From Candidatus Woesearchaeota archaeon (GTDB taxonomy: Archaea; Nanobdellota; Nanobdellia; Woesearchaeales; GW2011-AR4): a stretch of DNA of 64,000 bases. The stretch lies in contig JACPMV010000002.1 in assembly GCA_016185845.1 (NCBI GenBank), positions 1,564-65,563 of the forward strand. The letters run 5' to 3'. Below the pieces are notes generated by a model. The model was not told the origin of the DNA, did not search any database, and saw nothing but the letters and a program-made list of their open reading frames with translations. Positions 47,433 to 56,479 of this stretch are shown here, piece after piece. The position numbers were made by a program, and so were the translations under genes. How positions within the stretch are numbered: the first letter of the stretch is position 1; the number at the start of each line of letters is the position of its first letter.

Positions 47433-48176
47433 TTACTTCTTATTTTTCCCGTTTCTGTTTTCCAAATTCCTCATCATTATTGATGCCCTTAATAATGAGT
47501 CAAAGCTTCCGGCATCTGACCAGAATTTCCTTATTTTGTTGTAATAAAGCTGCCCTTTCTTTACATACGCGTCCAGGGCGTCTGTTACCTCTATTTCATT
47601 TCTCCATGAAGGCTTTAGCTTGCGTATTATGCCAAATACCTTGGAATCAAACATGTAAAGCCCGGTCATAGCAAGGTTAGATTTTGGCTTTTTGGGCTTT
47701 TCCTCGACATAAGTTACCTTGCCGTCGTTGACAAGCGCTATCCCGAATTTTTTTGCATCTTCCATGCTTACTTCCTTCAGGAATATCCTAGCGCCTTCCT
47801 TCTGCTTTTCAAACTCTTTTACATAAGGAGCTATGTCTTCCTCGAATATATTGTCGCCAAGTATGACAACGCATTTGTCATCACCCACAAAATCCTTTGC
47901 CAGTCCAAGAGCCTGGCCTATTCCGCCGGCTTCTTCCTGTATCTCATAGGTGAAAGTGGCATCAAAGTTTTTTCCTGACTTCAGCAATTTAAGAAAGTGA
48001 CCTGCATGATCTGGTCCGGATATTATCAATATATTTTTTATTCCGGCCTTCAGCAGGGTATGCAGAGGGCAGTAAATCATCGGTTTCGAATAAACCGGGA
48101 GCAAATGTTTATTTGTAACAAGGGTTAATGGATTTAATCTAGTTCCTGTTCCACCAGCAAGAATAATTCCTTTCAT
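47433..48176 (-). CDS. rmlA: Sugar-phosphate nucleotidyltransferase, short-form glucose-1-phosphate thymidylyltransferase-like.
   Basis: MKGIILAGGTGTRLNPLTLVTNKHLLPVYSKPMIY is the RmlA/NTP_transferase N-terminus. Operon context with rmlB and rmlC. Confidence 0.75.
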   Translation of the reverse strand: MKGIILAGGTGTRLNPLTLVTNKHLLPVYSKPMIYCPLHTLLKAGIKNILIISGPDHAGHFLKLLKSGKNFDATFTYEIQEEAGGIGQALGLAKDFVGDDKCVVILGDNIFEEDIAPYVKEFEKQKEGARIFLKEVSMEDAKKFGIALVNDGKVTYVEEKPKKPKSNLAMTGLYMFDSKVFGIIRKLKPSWRNEIEVTDALDAYVKKGQLYYNKIRKFWSDAGSFDSLLRASIMMRNLENRNGKNKK

Positions 48177-49081
48177 TTTTCTAATATCTCCTTAATATCA
48201 AGATATTTTTTATATTTCCTATCAAGATGTAATATACTATCACGATATAGCCAATCAAATATTCTTAATGCCTGCCTATTTCCCCTATATCTTAATGCCC
48301 AATGGTTTTCGTTTTTAATATTTTGTGTTAATTTAACCATGTTCAAGTTTAAATATTTTATTAAAAAATACTGTATATCCAACAATATTTCTTTTGTGCC
48401 AACTATTTGAAACAATAAAGAATTCTTTTTATAGATGATGCTACCATCTCCCTCAAAAAATCCTTTAATGAATGATCTAACAATTTCTTCATTATCGGAA
48501 ACCTTAATTATTTCGGGAAAAAGCTCCTTTTTTGTTTTGCTTTCAGTAACGCCTAAATTCTCTAGTCTCCTTACAAGATATTTGCTAGATATTTTTAATA
48601 ATGATTGTTCATAGTATTTGTTTGTTCTCTTTAAGAAATCCTTATTTATAAAAATCTTTCCAGTATATCCAAGTAAATTCTTAATTTTTGTTAGAACTTC
48701 TATATCCTTCCTACTTAGCTTTAAGCCGAAAGAATGAGAATTTTTGGTTTTATTTATAAATCCATCACTTAATATCCACCCAAGTACCCAAGCATTATTT
48801 TGGTTAATATCATCAAAGAAATTCATATTAACTTCGTATTTTCTTGCATCTAATTTATATGTTTTATCCCTAATTGGTATCTTGTATTTGCGTAATCTTT
48901 GGCTTATGACCCATTGTGAGACTCCAAGGCTCTTTGCAATCTGATCTTGGGATTTCTTTCTTAGAATATATTCTTCAACCAAAAATTTCTTTGATATATC
49001 ATAACTATTCTTAATTCTCTCAGTGAAATTATCGCTGTTATTTATGTTTCTAAAATTTCCGTAAATGTTTTCAACTTTCAT
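48173..49081 (-). CDS. Free-standing double-motif LAGLIDADG homing-endonuclease-like protein with N-terminal HTH.
   Basis: Two LAGLIDADG motifs (VLGWILSDGF and IKGFFEGDGSI) plus HTH SQDQIAKSLGVSQWVISQRLRKY. ATGA overlap with the downstream rmlA-like gene. Confidence 0.6.
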   Translation of the reverse strand: MKVENIYGNFRNINNSDNFTERIKNSYDISKKFLVEEYILRKKSQDQIAKSLGVSQWVISQRLRKYKIPIRDKTYKLDARKYEVNMNFFDDINQNNAWVLGWILSDGFINKTKNSHSFGLKLSRKDIEVLTKIKNLLGYTGKIFINKDFLKRTNKYYEQSLLKISSKYLVRRLENLGVTESKTKKELFPEIIKVSDNEEIVRSFIKGFFEGDGSIIYKKNSLLFQIVGTKEILLDIQYFLIKYLNLNMVKLTQNIKNENHWALRYRGNRQALRIFDWLYRDSILHLDRKYKKYLDIKEILEK

Positions 49082-49169
49082 ATTTTTGGGACATTCTTGC
49101 CAATTAAAGTATGCGAAATAATATAAACCTTTTCATTTAATTTTATCTCTGAGATTTCATTTATATAGT

Positions 49170-50162
49170 TCAATAATAATGCTTCCTGTAGTATTCCTTG
49201 TATTCTCCTGATTTTATCTTCTTCCACCAATTTTGGTTGTTTTTGTACCATTTTACTGTGTCCTTAAGCGCCTGTTCAAACTTAAATCTCGGCCTCCATC
49301 CAAGCTTTCTGAGCTTTGAGGAATTAATCGAGTATCTCCTGTCATGCCCCGGCCTGTCTTTGACATATTCTATAGAGGATTCATCTTTGCCAAGCTCACT
49401 GAGCAGCAATTTTGTGATTTCAATATTTGTCTTTTCATTATCCGCTCCGATATTGTATATTTCCCCGATAGCGCCTTTGTGCATTATGAAGTCTATGGCT
49501 TCGCAATTGTCAATGACATAAAGCCAGTCCCTTACATTCAACCCGTCGCCATAAACAGGAACTTTCTTGCCTTCCAAAAGGTTGGTTATAAACAATGGCA
49601 GGAGTTTCTCAGGATACTGGTATTGGCCGAAATTATTTGAGCTTCTTGTGATTATGACAGGAACTCCAAAAGTCTTATTGTAAGACCTTGCAATCAAGTC
49701 ACCGCCTGCCTTGCTTGCTGAATAAGGGCTGTTTGGCTGCAGTGCAGACTCTTCTGTAAACGAGCCTTTTTCAATGCTTCCATAAACCTCGTCTGTTGAT
49801 ACCTGGATAAATTTTTTTATATTATGTTTTCTTGAAGCCTCAAGCAGGGTATGGGTTCCGTCAACATCTGTCCTTATGAATCTTTTTGGGTCATCAATTG
49901 ACCTGTCAACATGAGTTTCTGCTGCGAAGTTCAATACAATATCTTTGCCTTCAACCAGCTTGTCCACAATCTTTGCATCGCATATATCCCCCTTTACAAA
50001 ACTATAATTCTTATTTTTTTCTATGTCTCTTAGATTTTCTGGGTTGCCTGCGTATGTGATTTTATCAAGATTGGTTACATTATACTGAGGATATTTGCCG
50101 AGAATGTGCCTTATGAAATTAGAGCCTATAAATCCCAAGCCGCCAGTAACTAAAACCTGCAT
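49170..50162 (-). CDS. rmlB: dTDP-glucose 4,6-dehydratase.
   Basis: MQVLVTGGLGFIGSNFIRHIL, YSASKAGGD (YxxxK) and NIGADNEKTN, conserved throughout. The start was moved to the internal Met (cat at 50160-50162), which abuts the rmlC stop. Confidence 0.85.
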   Translation of the reverse strand: MQVLVTGGLGFIGSNFIRHILGKYPQYNVTNLDKITYAGNPENLRDIEKNKNYSFVKGDICDAKIVDKLVEGKDIVLNFAAETHVDRSIDDPKRFIRTDVDGTHTLLEASRKHNIKKFIQVSTDEVYGSIEKGSFTEESALQPNSPYSASKAGGDLIARSYNKTFGVPVIITRSSNNFGQYQYPEKLLPLFITNLLEGKKVPVYGDGLNVRDWLYVIDNCEAIDFIMHKGAIGEIYNIGADNEKTNIEITKLLLSELGKDESSIEYVKDRPGHDRRYSINSSKLRKLGWRPRFKFEQALKDTVKWYKNNQNWWKKIKSGEYKEYYRKHYY

Positions 50163-50163
50163 T

Positions 50164-50622
50164 TTAGCCTCCTTCCTCAAGCCCCCAGTCATATGGAATG
50201 TCCTTGCTCTTGAAATCTATCCGGAATTCATCAGGAGTTTTGTAATCATAGGGATGTGTGCAGCAATTTATAAGGTAGCATTGCTCATTATCTTCAGATG
50301 CAAATCCATGAATGACATATGGGGGTATTGTGAGCAATACAGGATTTTTCTCTCCCATGAGTATTTCCTGCACTTTGCCTTTTGTCTTGCTCTTTTCCCT
50401 GTTGTCATACAGGACAATCTTTGCATTTCCCTTTACAACAACAAAGAAATCAGCCTGCTTTTTATGGTAGTGCCAGCCCTTTACAACGCCGGGATTGCAG
50501 ACTGTAAGGTAAACCTGCCCGAATTTCTGAAAAATAGGCTCATCGCAGCGCAGCATCTCCATCAGGTAGCCGCGGCTGTCCTTTATTATCTTCAGCTTTT
50601 TTATTTCAACGCCTTTAATCAT
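50164..50622 (-). CDS. rmlC: dTDP-4-dehydrorhamnose 3,5-epimerase (short cupin form).
   Basis: RGYLMEM...GQVYLTVCNPGVVKGWHYHKKQADFFVVVKG...YVIHGFAS are RmlC cupin motifs (catalytic His/Lys/Tyr region). Confidence 0.7.
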   Translation of the reverse strand: MIKGVEIKKLKIIKDSRGYLMEMLRCDEPIFQKFGQVYLTVCNPGVVKGWHYHKKQADFFVVVKGNAKIVLYDNREKSKTKGKVQEILMGEKNPVLLTIPPYVIHGFASEDNEQCYLINCCTHPYDYKTPDEFRIDFKSKDIPYDWGLEEGG

Positions 50623-50679
50623 ATTTATTAGTTATAGGAAGATGTTTAAAAAGTTTGCTGAGGCATAGTTGCCAGTTTC

Positions 50680-51891
50680 TTACATTTTCAGAAGATTTTT
50701 ATAAACTCCCACTACCTTCTTCGCCGATGCAGAAACACTAAATTCACGAGCCCTCCCAAACAATTTCTTTTTATCCCATTTTCTGCTCAAAGCCAATGAA
50801 ATTTTTACCGCTAAATCATCAGCATCTTTCGGTTTTACCAAATATCCTACACCTTCGGTGACAAGTTCCGGCGTGCCTGATACAGCGGTTGCAACCACGG
50901 GCTTTCCGCACGCCAAAGCCTCGCATAAAACAACAGGCAAGCCTTCGCTTAGGCTTGGCAAGACAAAGACATCGCAGGCATTCATGTACAATGGAATCTC
51001 ATCATGATTTTTCTGCCCCAGAAATAATATATGCCTGCCAAGCCCCAAATCCAGCATTAATCTTTTCAGGCTTTGTTCAGAATGCCCTGAGCCTATTATG
51101 CAGCATAAAATGTCTTTGTCATCCCTTACTATTATTTTAACTGCATTAATCAGGTACTCAACGCCTTTTCTGGCAAACAAATGGCCGACAAACAGCAATA
51201 TCTTTCTCTCAATAGGCAAATTTAAGATTTTTCTGGCTTTCTTCTTGTTTCTATGCCTGAATTTTCCAAGCAAAGCCCCCATAGGTATTACAAAAAACCT
51301 CTTATTTTTTACCCCCATATTTCTCAATTCATTCTTAAGATAATTGCTTTGGCAAATAATCGCATCAGAATTCTTCAAAGCAAAGCTGCTCAAATAATTT
51401 GAAGGAAACTGCCTGGCAAACCTGTTAACATCGTCCCCGTATAGCGTGGCAACCAATGGCTTGCCACATTTTTTTTTGAGATGGACGCCCAATAAGCTTT
51501 CGCTGATTTGTCCATGCATATGCACAATATCCGGATTCCACTTGTTTATTATCCCCTCTGCCAGACTTTTCGAAGCCACATATGAAAAAAAACTTTCTAT
51601 ACTTAAATAAAAATTAAGCAGCCTGAGCTTAAACAATATCCTAGGAATCATCAAATATTTCGGGTGGTGAACCTCTATGCCCCCGATTTTTTCTTTATCC
51701 GGGATTATTGAAAACCTATAGTAAGGGTTCAACAGCCTTATTTTTGGTATATATGCATAAGGAAAAATTACCTTAATATCGCAATACCTTTTCAGCTCTA
51801 TAAGCTGGTTCAATAAAAAAATTGCAGCTACAGGATTGTGTTTTGTCGGAAAGGTGTGCGTTATAACTAATAATCTTATTTTTTTACCCAT
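50680..51891 (-). CDS. GT4 family glycosyltransferase.
   Basis: PSLSEGLPVVLCEALACGKPVVATAVSGTPELV is the GT-B E-x7-E motif. Confidence 0.75.
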   Translation of the reverse strand: MGKKIRLLVITHTFPTKHNPVAAIFLLNQLIELKRYCDIKVIFPYAYIPKIRLLNPYYRFSIIPDKEKIGGIEVHHPKYLMIPRILFKLRLLNFYLSIESFFSYVASKSLAEGIINKWNPDIVHMHGQISESLLGVHLKKKCGKPLVATLYGDDVNRFARQFPSNYLSSFALKNSDAIICQSNYLKNELRNMGVKNKRFFVIPMGALLGKFRHRNKKKARKILNLPIERKILLFVGHLFARKGVEYLINAVKIIVRDDKDILCCIIGSGHSEQSLKRLMLDLGLGRHILFLGQKNHDEIPLYMNACDVFVLPSLSEGLPVVLCEALACGKPVVATAVSGTPELVTEGVGYLVKPKDADDLAVKISLALSRKWDKKKLFGRAREFSVSASAKKVVGVYKNLLKM

Positions 51892-51892
51892 C

Positions 51893-52867
51893 TCACTTCA
51901 CATGCAGCTGATTATTAATCTTATTTTTCCACCACCATTTATTCCCCTTATACCAGCTTATTGTTTTGTCCAGGCCATCTTCAAAAGAATATTTTTGCTT
52001 CCACCCTAATGCCATTAGCTTTCCAGCATCTACGCTGTACCTTTTATCATTAAATGGCCGGTCCTTGACAAATTCTATGCAGCTCTCGCCCTTTCCAAGC
52101 TTTTTTATCAGCAATCTGCCAAGCCCCATATTCGAGATTTCGTCGGATGTCCCAATGTTGTATATCTCACCGATTTTTCCTTTGTTGAATACAATATCGA
52201 CGGCATTGGAAAAGTCATCAACATAAATGTAAGTTCTTATATTGGATCCATCGCCATGCAGCGTGACTTTTCTGCCCTCCAGCAGGCTGATGATGAACTT
52301 GGATATTATTTTTTCAGGATACTGGAATGGCCCGAACACATTATTGCCCCTGACTATCACTATAGGCAGCCCATAAGTTTTATGGTAAGATCTTATTATC
52401 ATCTCCGCACCAGCCTTGGATGCAGAATAAGGATTATTGGGATTTAGGACAGAGTCCTCCTTGAAAGAGCCTTTTTCTATATCTCCATAGACTTCATCTG
52501 TCGATATATGCACAATTTTCTTTACCTTGTTCAGCCTGGCAGCCTCCAGCAGGACATGAGTCCCATACGTGTTTGACATGGTAAAAATCAGGGAATTCCC
52601 TATAGAATTGTCTACATGGCTTTCTGCCGCAAGATGGATAATGCAGTCTATGCCTTTTAGCAATTTCATCAAGAGCCCGAAGTCGCAAACATCCCCTTTC
52701 ACAAACCTGTAGTTTTTTTTCTTCTCTACATCCTTTAAGTTGCTTATATCTCCTGCATAAGTTAGCTTGTCGTAATTTATTATTGAATGCTCTGGGTATT
52801 TGTTCACCATAAACCTGACAAAATTGCTCCCTATAAACCCAGCACCCCCAGTTATTAGTATTTTCAT
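51893..52867 (-). CDS. dTDP-glucose 4,6-dehydratase paralog (RmlB-like).
   Basis: MKILITGGAGFIGSNFVRFMV, YSASKAGAE and NIGTSDEISN are closely similar to the rmlB at 49170. The start was moved to the Met forming a TCAT/ATGA overlap with the upstream SDR gene. Confidence 0.8.
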   Translation of the reverse strand: MKILITGGAGFIGSNFVRFMVNKYPEHSIINYDKLTYAGDISNLKDVEKKKNYRFVKGDVCDFGLLMKLLKGIDCIIHLAAESHVDNSIGNSLIFTMSNTYGTHVLLEAARLNKVKKIVHISTDEVYGDIEKGSFKEDSVLNPNNPYSASKAGAEMIIRSYHKTYGLPIVIVRGNNVFGPFQYPEKIISKFIISLLEGRKVTLHGDGSNIRTYIYVDDFSNAVDIVFNKGKIGEIYNIGTSDEISNMGLGRLLIKKLGKGESCIEFVKDRPFNDKRYSVDAGKLMALGWKQKYSFEDGLDKTISWYKGNKWWWKNKINNQLHVK

Positions 52868-53796
52868 TTTTTCCTGATGTTCCTGCAGCACCCAACCATT
52901 CTTTTAATTCCTTCCTTCATTTTTATTTTGGCTTCCCACCCAAAAGCCTTCTTTGCTTTTGAGATATCAAAATAGAAGCTGCCAAGCTCGAATTTCTTCA
53001 AATCCTCAGGGAAAGGCACAGCCTTAAAGCTTCCGGATTTACATTCATTAACAACATTCCTGGCTATGTCAATGAATCTGATCCTTTCGCCAGAGCCAAC
53101 ATTAAATATCCCCCCATCAACTTTTGATTCTATTACCTTAATTATCAGCGCTACAAGGTCATCTATATAAATCAGGTCTTTAATGTCCCTGCCATAGCCA
53201 TTTACATAAAATTCCTCGCTGTTCAGGGCTTTCCTGATAAATTTATTTATTATATTGTTCTTGTTCTCGCCACCTATCTCCGGCCCGTACACAATGGACA
53301 TTCTTAGCATGACAAAATTTAGGTTGAAAGCATTTTTGTACAGCTTGCAGTAGTTTTCCGCTGCCTGCTTATGTATGCCATAAAGCGAGACTGGTCTTTG
53401 GCAGCTGTCTTCCGAGATAGGCAAATCCTTTTTTTTGACCCTTCCAAACTGCGCCCTGCTCCCGAAAAAAATATATTTAGAGCCAGGATTGACATTTTTT
53501 CTTGCTTCCAGTATATTCAGCTGGCCGATGCAGTTTACCTCAAGGTCCCCATAAGGCTCAAAATGCGAATCCGGATTAACTATCGCTGCCAGATTAATTA
53601 TGACGTCCTTGTTTTTTACATTGTCTTCAATGCATTTGTAATCTGCTACGCTTCCTTTTACCGCTTTTAGGCTGCCAGCAAATCCTAATTTGCCGATTAC
53701 ATCCGTGTTTTTAGGGCTCAACACGGTCAGATCATAATTACGCCCTGACAGGCTCCTGATTAAATGCAATCCAATGAATCCTGTTCCGCCTATCAA
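52864..53796 (-). CDS. NAD-dependent epimerase/dehydratase (SDR; 4-ketoreductase or 4-epimerase-like).
   Basis: MIGGTGFIGLHLIRSL and YGIHKQAAE (YxxxK). Confidence 0.7.
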   Translation of the reverse strand: MIGGTGFIGLHLIRSLSGRNYDLTVLSPKNTDVIGKLGFAGSLKAVKGSVADYKCIEDNVKNKDVIINLAAIVNPDSHFEPYGDLEVNCIGQLNILEARKNVNPGSKYIFFGSRAQFGRVKKKDLPISEDSCQRPVSLYGIHKQAAENYCKLYKNAFNLNFVMLRMSIVYGPEIGGENKNNIINKFIRKALNSEEFYVNGYGRDIKDLIYIDDLVALIIKVIESKVDGGIFNVGSGERIRFIDIARNVVNECKSGSFKAVPFPEDLKKFELGSFYFDISKAKKAFGWEAKIKMKEGIKRMVGCCRNIRKK

Positions 53797-53859
53797 TAAA
53801 ATGCTTTTATTTCTAATAGCAATCCCTCAGCTTAATCTTAAGTATTCTGCAAACATATA

Positions 53860-53874
53860 ACTATTTAAATAGTT
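53860..53874 (+). promoter_or_regulatory. Second copy of the palindromic TATA-like element AACTATTTAAATAGT, upstream of the sulfatase-fold gene.
   Basis: Identical 15-mer to 3090-3104, 30 nt upstream of the ATG at 53904. Confidence 0.35.
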
Positions 53875-53903
53875 TATTGGTTTCCTACTGTTTCCTAATC
53901 AAA

Positions 53904-55271
53904 ATGAATGCAATACTGCTGGTTGTAGATTCTTTACGGGCGGACCACCTTGGAATATCTGGCTATAAAAGAGATACAAGCCCGAATATAGACCGGCTTG
54001 CAAGAGACGGAGTTTTCTTTTCATCAGCTATTCCGACTTCGCCAAGAACCAGCCCTTCGGTAGGCTCACTTCTTACCGGGCTTTATCCCCATTCCCACGG
54101 GCTGAGGCTGGAGGGGAAAAATAAAGCCAGATTTGAATCTATCAATGTTGTAGACAGGCTAAATAAAAATGCAGTTACAATACAGGAAATCCTAAAATCT
54201 CACGGATACGCTACAATAGGAAATGACATAGAAATGGACAATACCGGGATTGAAAAAGGCTTTGACGAATTCAATTTATTAAAGTGGCGCGTTGCCAACA
54301 AGATAAAAAGGACAATAAAAAAAGCCGTCAAATGGAATTATAATATAGACCCTGCAGAGACTTTAACTGATTTTGCAATAAATCAAATCAAGAAATTAAA
54401 AGACAGGAAATTTTTCTTATACCTCCATTATGTCGGGCTGCATTGGCCTTATACTCCGCCAGAGCCTTATGATGAAATGTTTGACACCGATTATAGAGGA
54501 AACCACACCTTTAATGAAGTCAATGGCAAGATAAACAGGGGAGACCTGATATTTAACAATAGCCTGCCAAAGGAAGAGATTAAACATGCCATAGCCCACT
54601 ATGACGGAGCAATAAGATTTGTAGACGGGCAGATAGGCAGGCTAATCAGCCATCTGGACAGCCTTGGCCTACGCGAAAATACATTGATTGTACTGACTGC
54701 AGACCATGGAGAATGCTTTGGAGAGCATGGGCTTTGCTTCAATCATGGCGAGTACCTCTATGAAGAAGCTGCCAGAGTTCCGCTTATCTTTTTGTATCAC
54801 AAATCTCCTAAGAAAAAGATAGACACCCAGGTGCAATCAACAGATATTATGCCAACAATTCTAGACATTCTTGATATTGAATTAATCGAGAATATAGAAG
54901 GCGCCAGCCTTATGACCTTAGTTAAAGATAATGACAAAGTCAGAGAATATACTTTCGCCGAAAGCGGCATGTCGTTCTTCAAGGAAGACAAGAGGCGCTA
55001 TATGGGAGGAATAAAGGGAAAATGGCGCATGATAAGAACAGACGAATGGAAGCTAATCTATATCCCTCATCCCCAAAAGGACATATTTGAGCTTTACAAC
55101 CTGAAAGATGACCCAATGGAAACAATAAATCTGTTTGAAAAAAATGCCGAGATAGCCAATAAGCTCAGGGAAGAATTGTTTAAATGGATGAAAGACTCTG
55201 ACTCAAGCGAAGACATGGACTTGACTGAAAAATCAAAGAAACTGCTAAAAAAGCTCGGGTATATCGACTAA
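53904..55271 (+). CDS. Sulfatase-fold (alkaline phosphatase superfamily) protein with Thr in place of the FGly cysteine; LtaS/EptA-type phosphotransferase or hydrolase candidate.
   Basis: LLVVDSLRADHLG (metal site), TSPSVGSLLTGLYP aligning to sulfatase CSPSRASLLTGRYP with Cys replaced by Thr and Arg by Val, and LTADHGE (DHG motif). The start was moved to the internal Met of MNAILLVVDSL. Confidence 0.65.
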   Translation: MNAILLVVDSLRADHLGISGYKRDTSPNIDRLARDGVFFSSAIPTSPRTSPSVGSLLTGLYPHSHGLRLEGKNKARFESINVVDRLNKNAVTIQEILKSHGYATIGNDIEMDNTGIEKGFDEFNLLKWRVANKIKRTIKKAVKWNYNIDPAETLTDFAINQIKKLKDRKFFLYLHYVGLHWPYTPPEPYDEMFDTDYRGNHTFNEVNGKINRGDLIFNNSLPKEEIKHAIAHYDGAIRFVDGQIGRLISHLDSLGLRENTLIVLTADHGECFGEHGLCFNHGEYLYEEAARVPLIFLYHKSPKKKIDTQVQSTDIMPTILDILDIELIENIEGASLMTLVKDNDKVREYTFAESGMSFFKEDKRRYMGGIKGKWRMIRTDEWKLIYIPHPQKDIFELYNLKDDPMETINLFEKNAEIANKLREELFKWMKDSDSSEDMDLTEKSKKLLKKLGYID

Positions 55272-55296
55272 TCCTATAAGAAAATTTATAAAGCTC

Positions 55297-56469
55297 TTGC
55301 CTTTTGTTTCTCGCGGCAAGATGGGCATAATCAATTTTTTTCAATCTAAATTCGGTAAAAAGCCAAATATAATCATGATCATGATTGATGGGGCTAGGAG
55401 CGACGTTATTGGATCAGTAAACTACTACAAGCAACTAAAAAAAGATTCTATATTCTGCTCCAAACTGATAACTTATGCCCCTTATACAATAGGCTCTTTG
55501 CATTCGCTGTTTTCCGGAATGTATGGGAACAATAACGGGGTTAATGGTTACTATAAAAGCTACGGCTTTGACGCGAAAAATTGCCTTACTTTGGCGCAAT
55601 ACCTAAAAGAAGCAGGCTACTATACGGAAGCAGATGTTGTTGCAAAAGACATTCTGCCATCTTCAGGCTTTGACAAGATCAGGGTTTACGACGAGTTTAA
55701 GGAAGATTTGACAGAAAGGCACAAGGAGATTTTAAACCAAATCAGTCAAAAAGGGCCTTTCTTCCTGTTTTTGGACTATATAAGCCTCCATACTAACCTG
55801 GTCCATAACGTAATAAAAAAATATTCTGACTTTGACAAGGAATACTTCGACAACAGGAAAAATAATTTAAAGAATTATCTTCAAGAGGTAGAGAAAAGCG
55901 CGAACTACCTTGACAGTTTACTGAAGAAGATAAGTGAGATGGGTTTATTGGACAACACACTCGTTATAATTTTTTCAGACCATGGCACAAGCGTTGGCGA
56001 CAGGCCGGGGGAAAAGGCTTACGGAGTCTACCTTTATGATTATACCATAAGGTGCTTTCTTTACATCATCAGCAAAGATCTGCCCAAAGGCCTTGAAATA
56101 AACGAGCTTGTGAGAAGCATAGACATATTGCCGACCATGCTTGAAATATTAAAAATAAATGAAAAAAAAAGCCATAATAAAATCCAAGGCAAATCATTTT
56201 TGCCGTTAATTAACGGCAAGACGGAAGAAAGGATAGCTTATTCCGAAACAGGCGGCCTTGGAGGCCCGACACCATCTCCAGAAAAACACAACGTATTTGC
56301 TGTGCGCACAAACAAATGGAAGCTGATTTATAATGAGACAAGCAAGAAAAAAGAATTATACGACTTGGAAAATGACGAGGGGGAAATAAACAATCTTGCA
56401 GGCAAAAAACCCGATATTGAGAGATTCCTGTGGGAAGAGATGAAGAACCACTCAGAACCTAAGAAATAA
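55297..56469 (+). CDS. Sulfatase-fold (alkaline phosphatase superfamily) protein, second copy, also with Thr at the nucleophile position.
   Basis: IMIMIDGARSDV, YTIGSLHSLFSGMYG (Thr at the FGly position) and IFSDHGTSVGD. Confidence 0.55.
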   Translation: MPFVSRGKMGIINFFQSKFGKKPNIIMIMIDGARSDVIGSVNYYKQLKKDSIFCSKLITYAPYTIGSLHSLFSGMYGNNNGVNGYYKSYGFDAKNCLTLAQYLKEAGYYTEADVVAKDILPSSGFDKIRVYDEFKEDLTERHKEILNQISQKGPFFLFLDYISLHTNLVHNVIKKYSDFDKEYFDNRKNNLKNYLQEVEKSANYLDSLLKKISEMGLLDNTLVIIFSDHGTSVGDRPGEKAYGVYLYDYTIRCFLYIISKDLPKGLEINELVRSIDILPTMLEILKINEKKSHNKIQGKSFLPLINGKTEERIAYSETGGLGGPTPSPEKHNVFAVRTNKWKLIYNETSKKKELYDLENDEGEINNLAGKKPDIERFLWEEMKNHSEPKK

Positions 56470-56479
56470 TTAAACAGAT

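Noticed and set aside
52494-52895. 133-aa minus-strand ORF overlapping the junction of the SDR (52864-53796) and RmlB-like (51893-52867) genes.
   Set aside because: It lies in an alternative frame fully inside two well-supported SDR genes, is Cys/Arg-rich and low-complexity, and shows no family resemblance. It is a frame shadow.
53904-56469. Annotating the two alkaline-phosphatase-superfamily ORFs as true arylsulfatases.
   Set aside because: The C/S-x-P-x-R formylglycine signature is replaced (TSPSVG; TIGSLH), so sulfatase maturation is impossible. Annotated as sulfatase-fold Thr-type enzymes instead.
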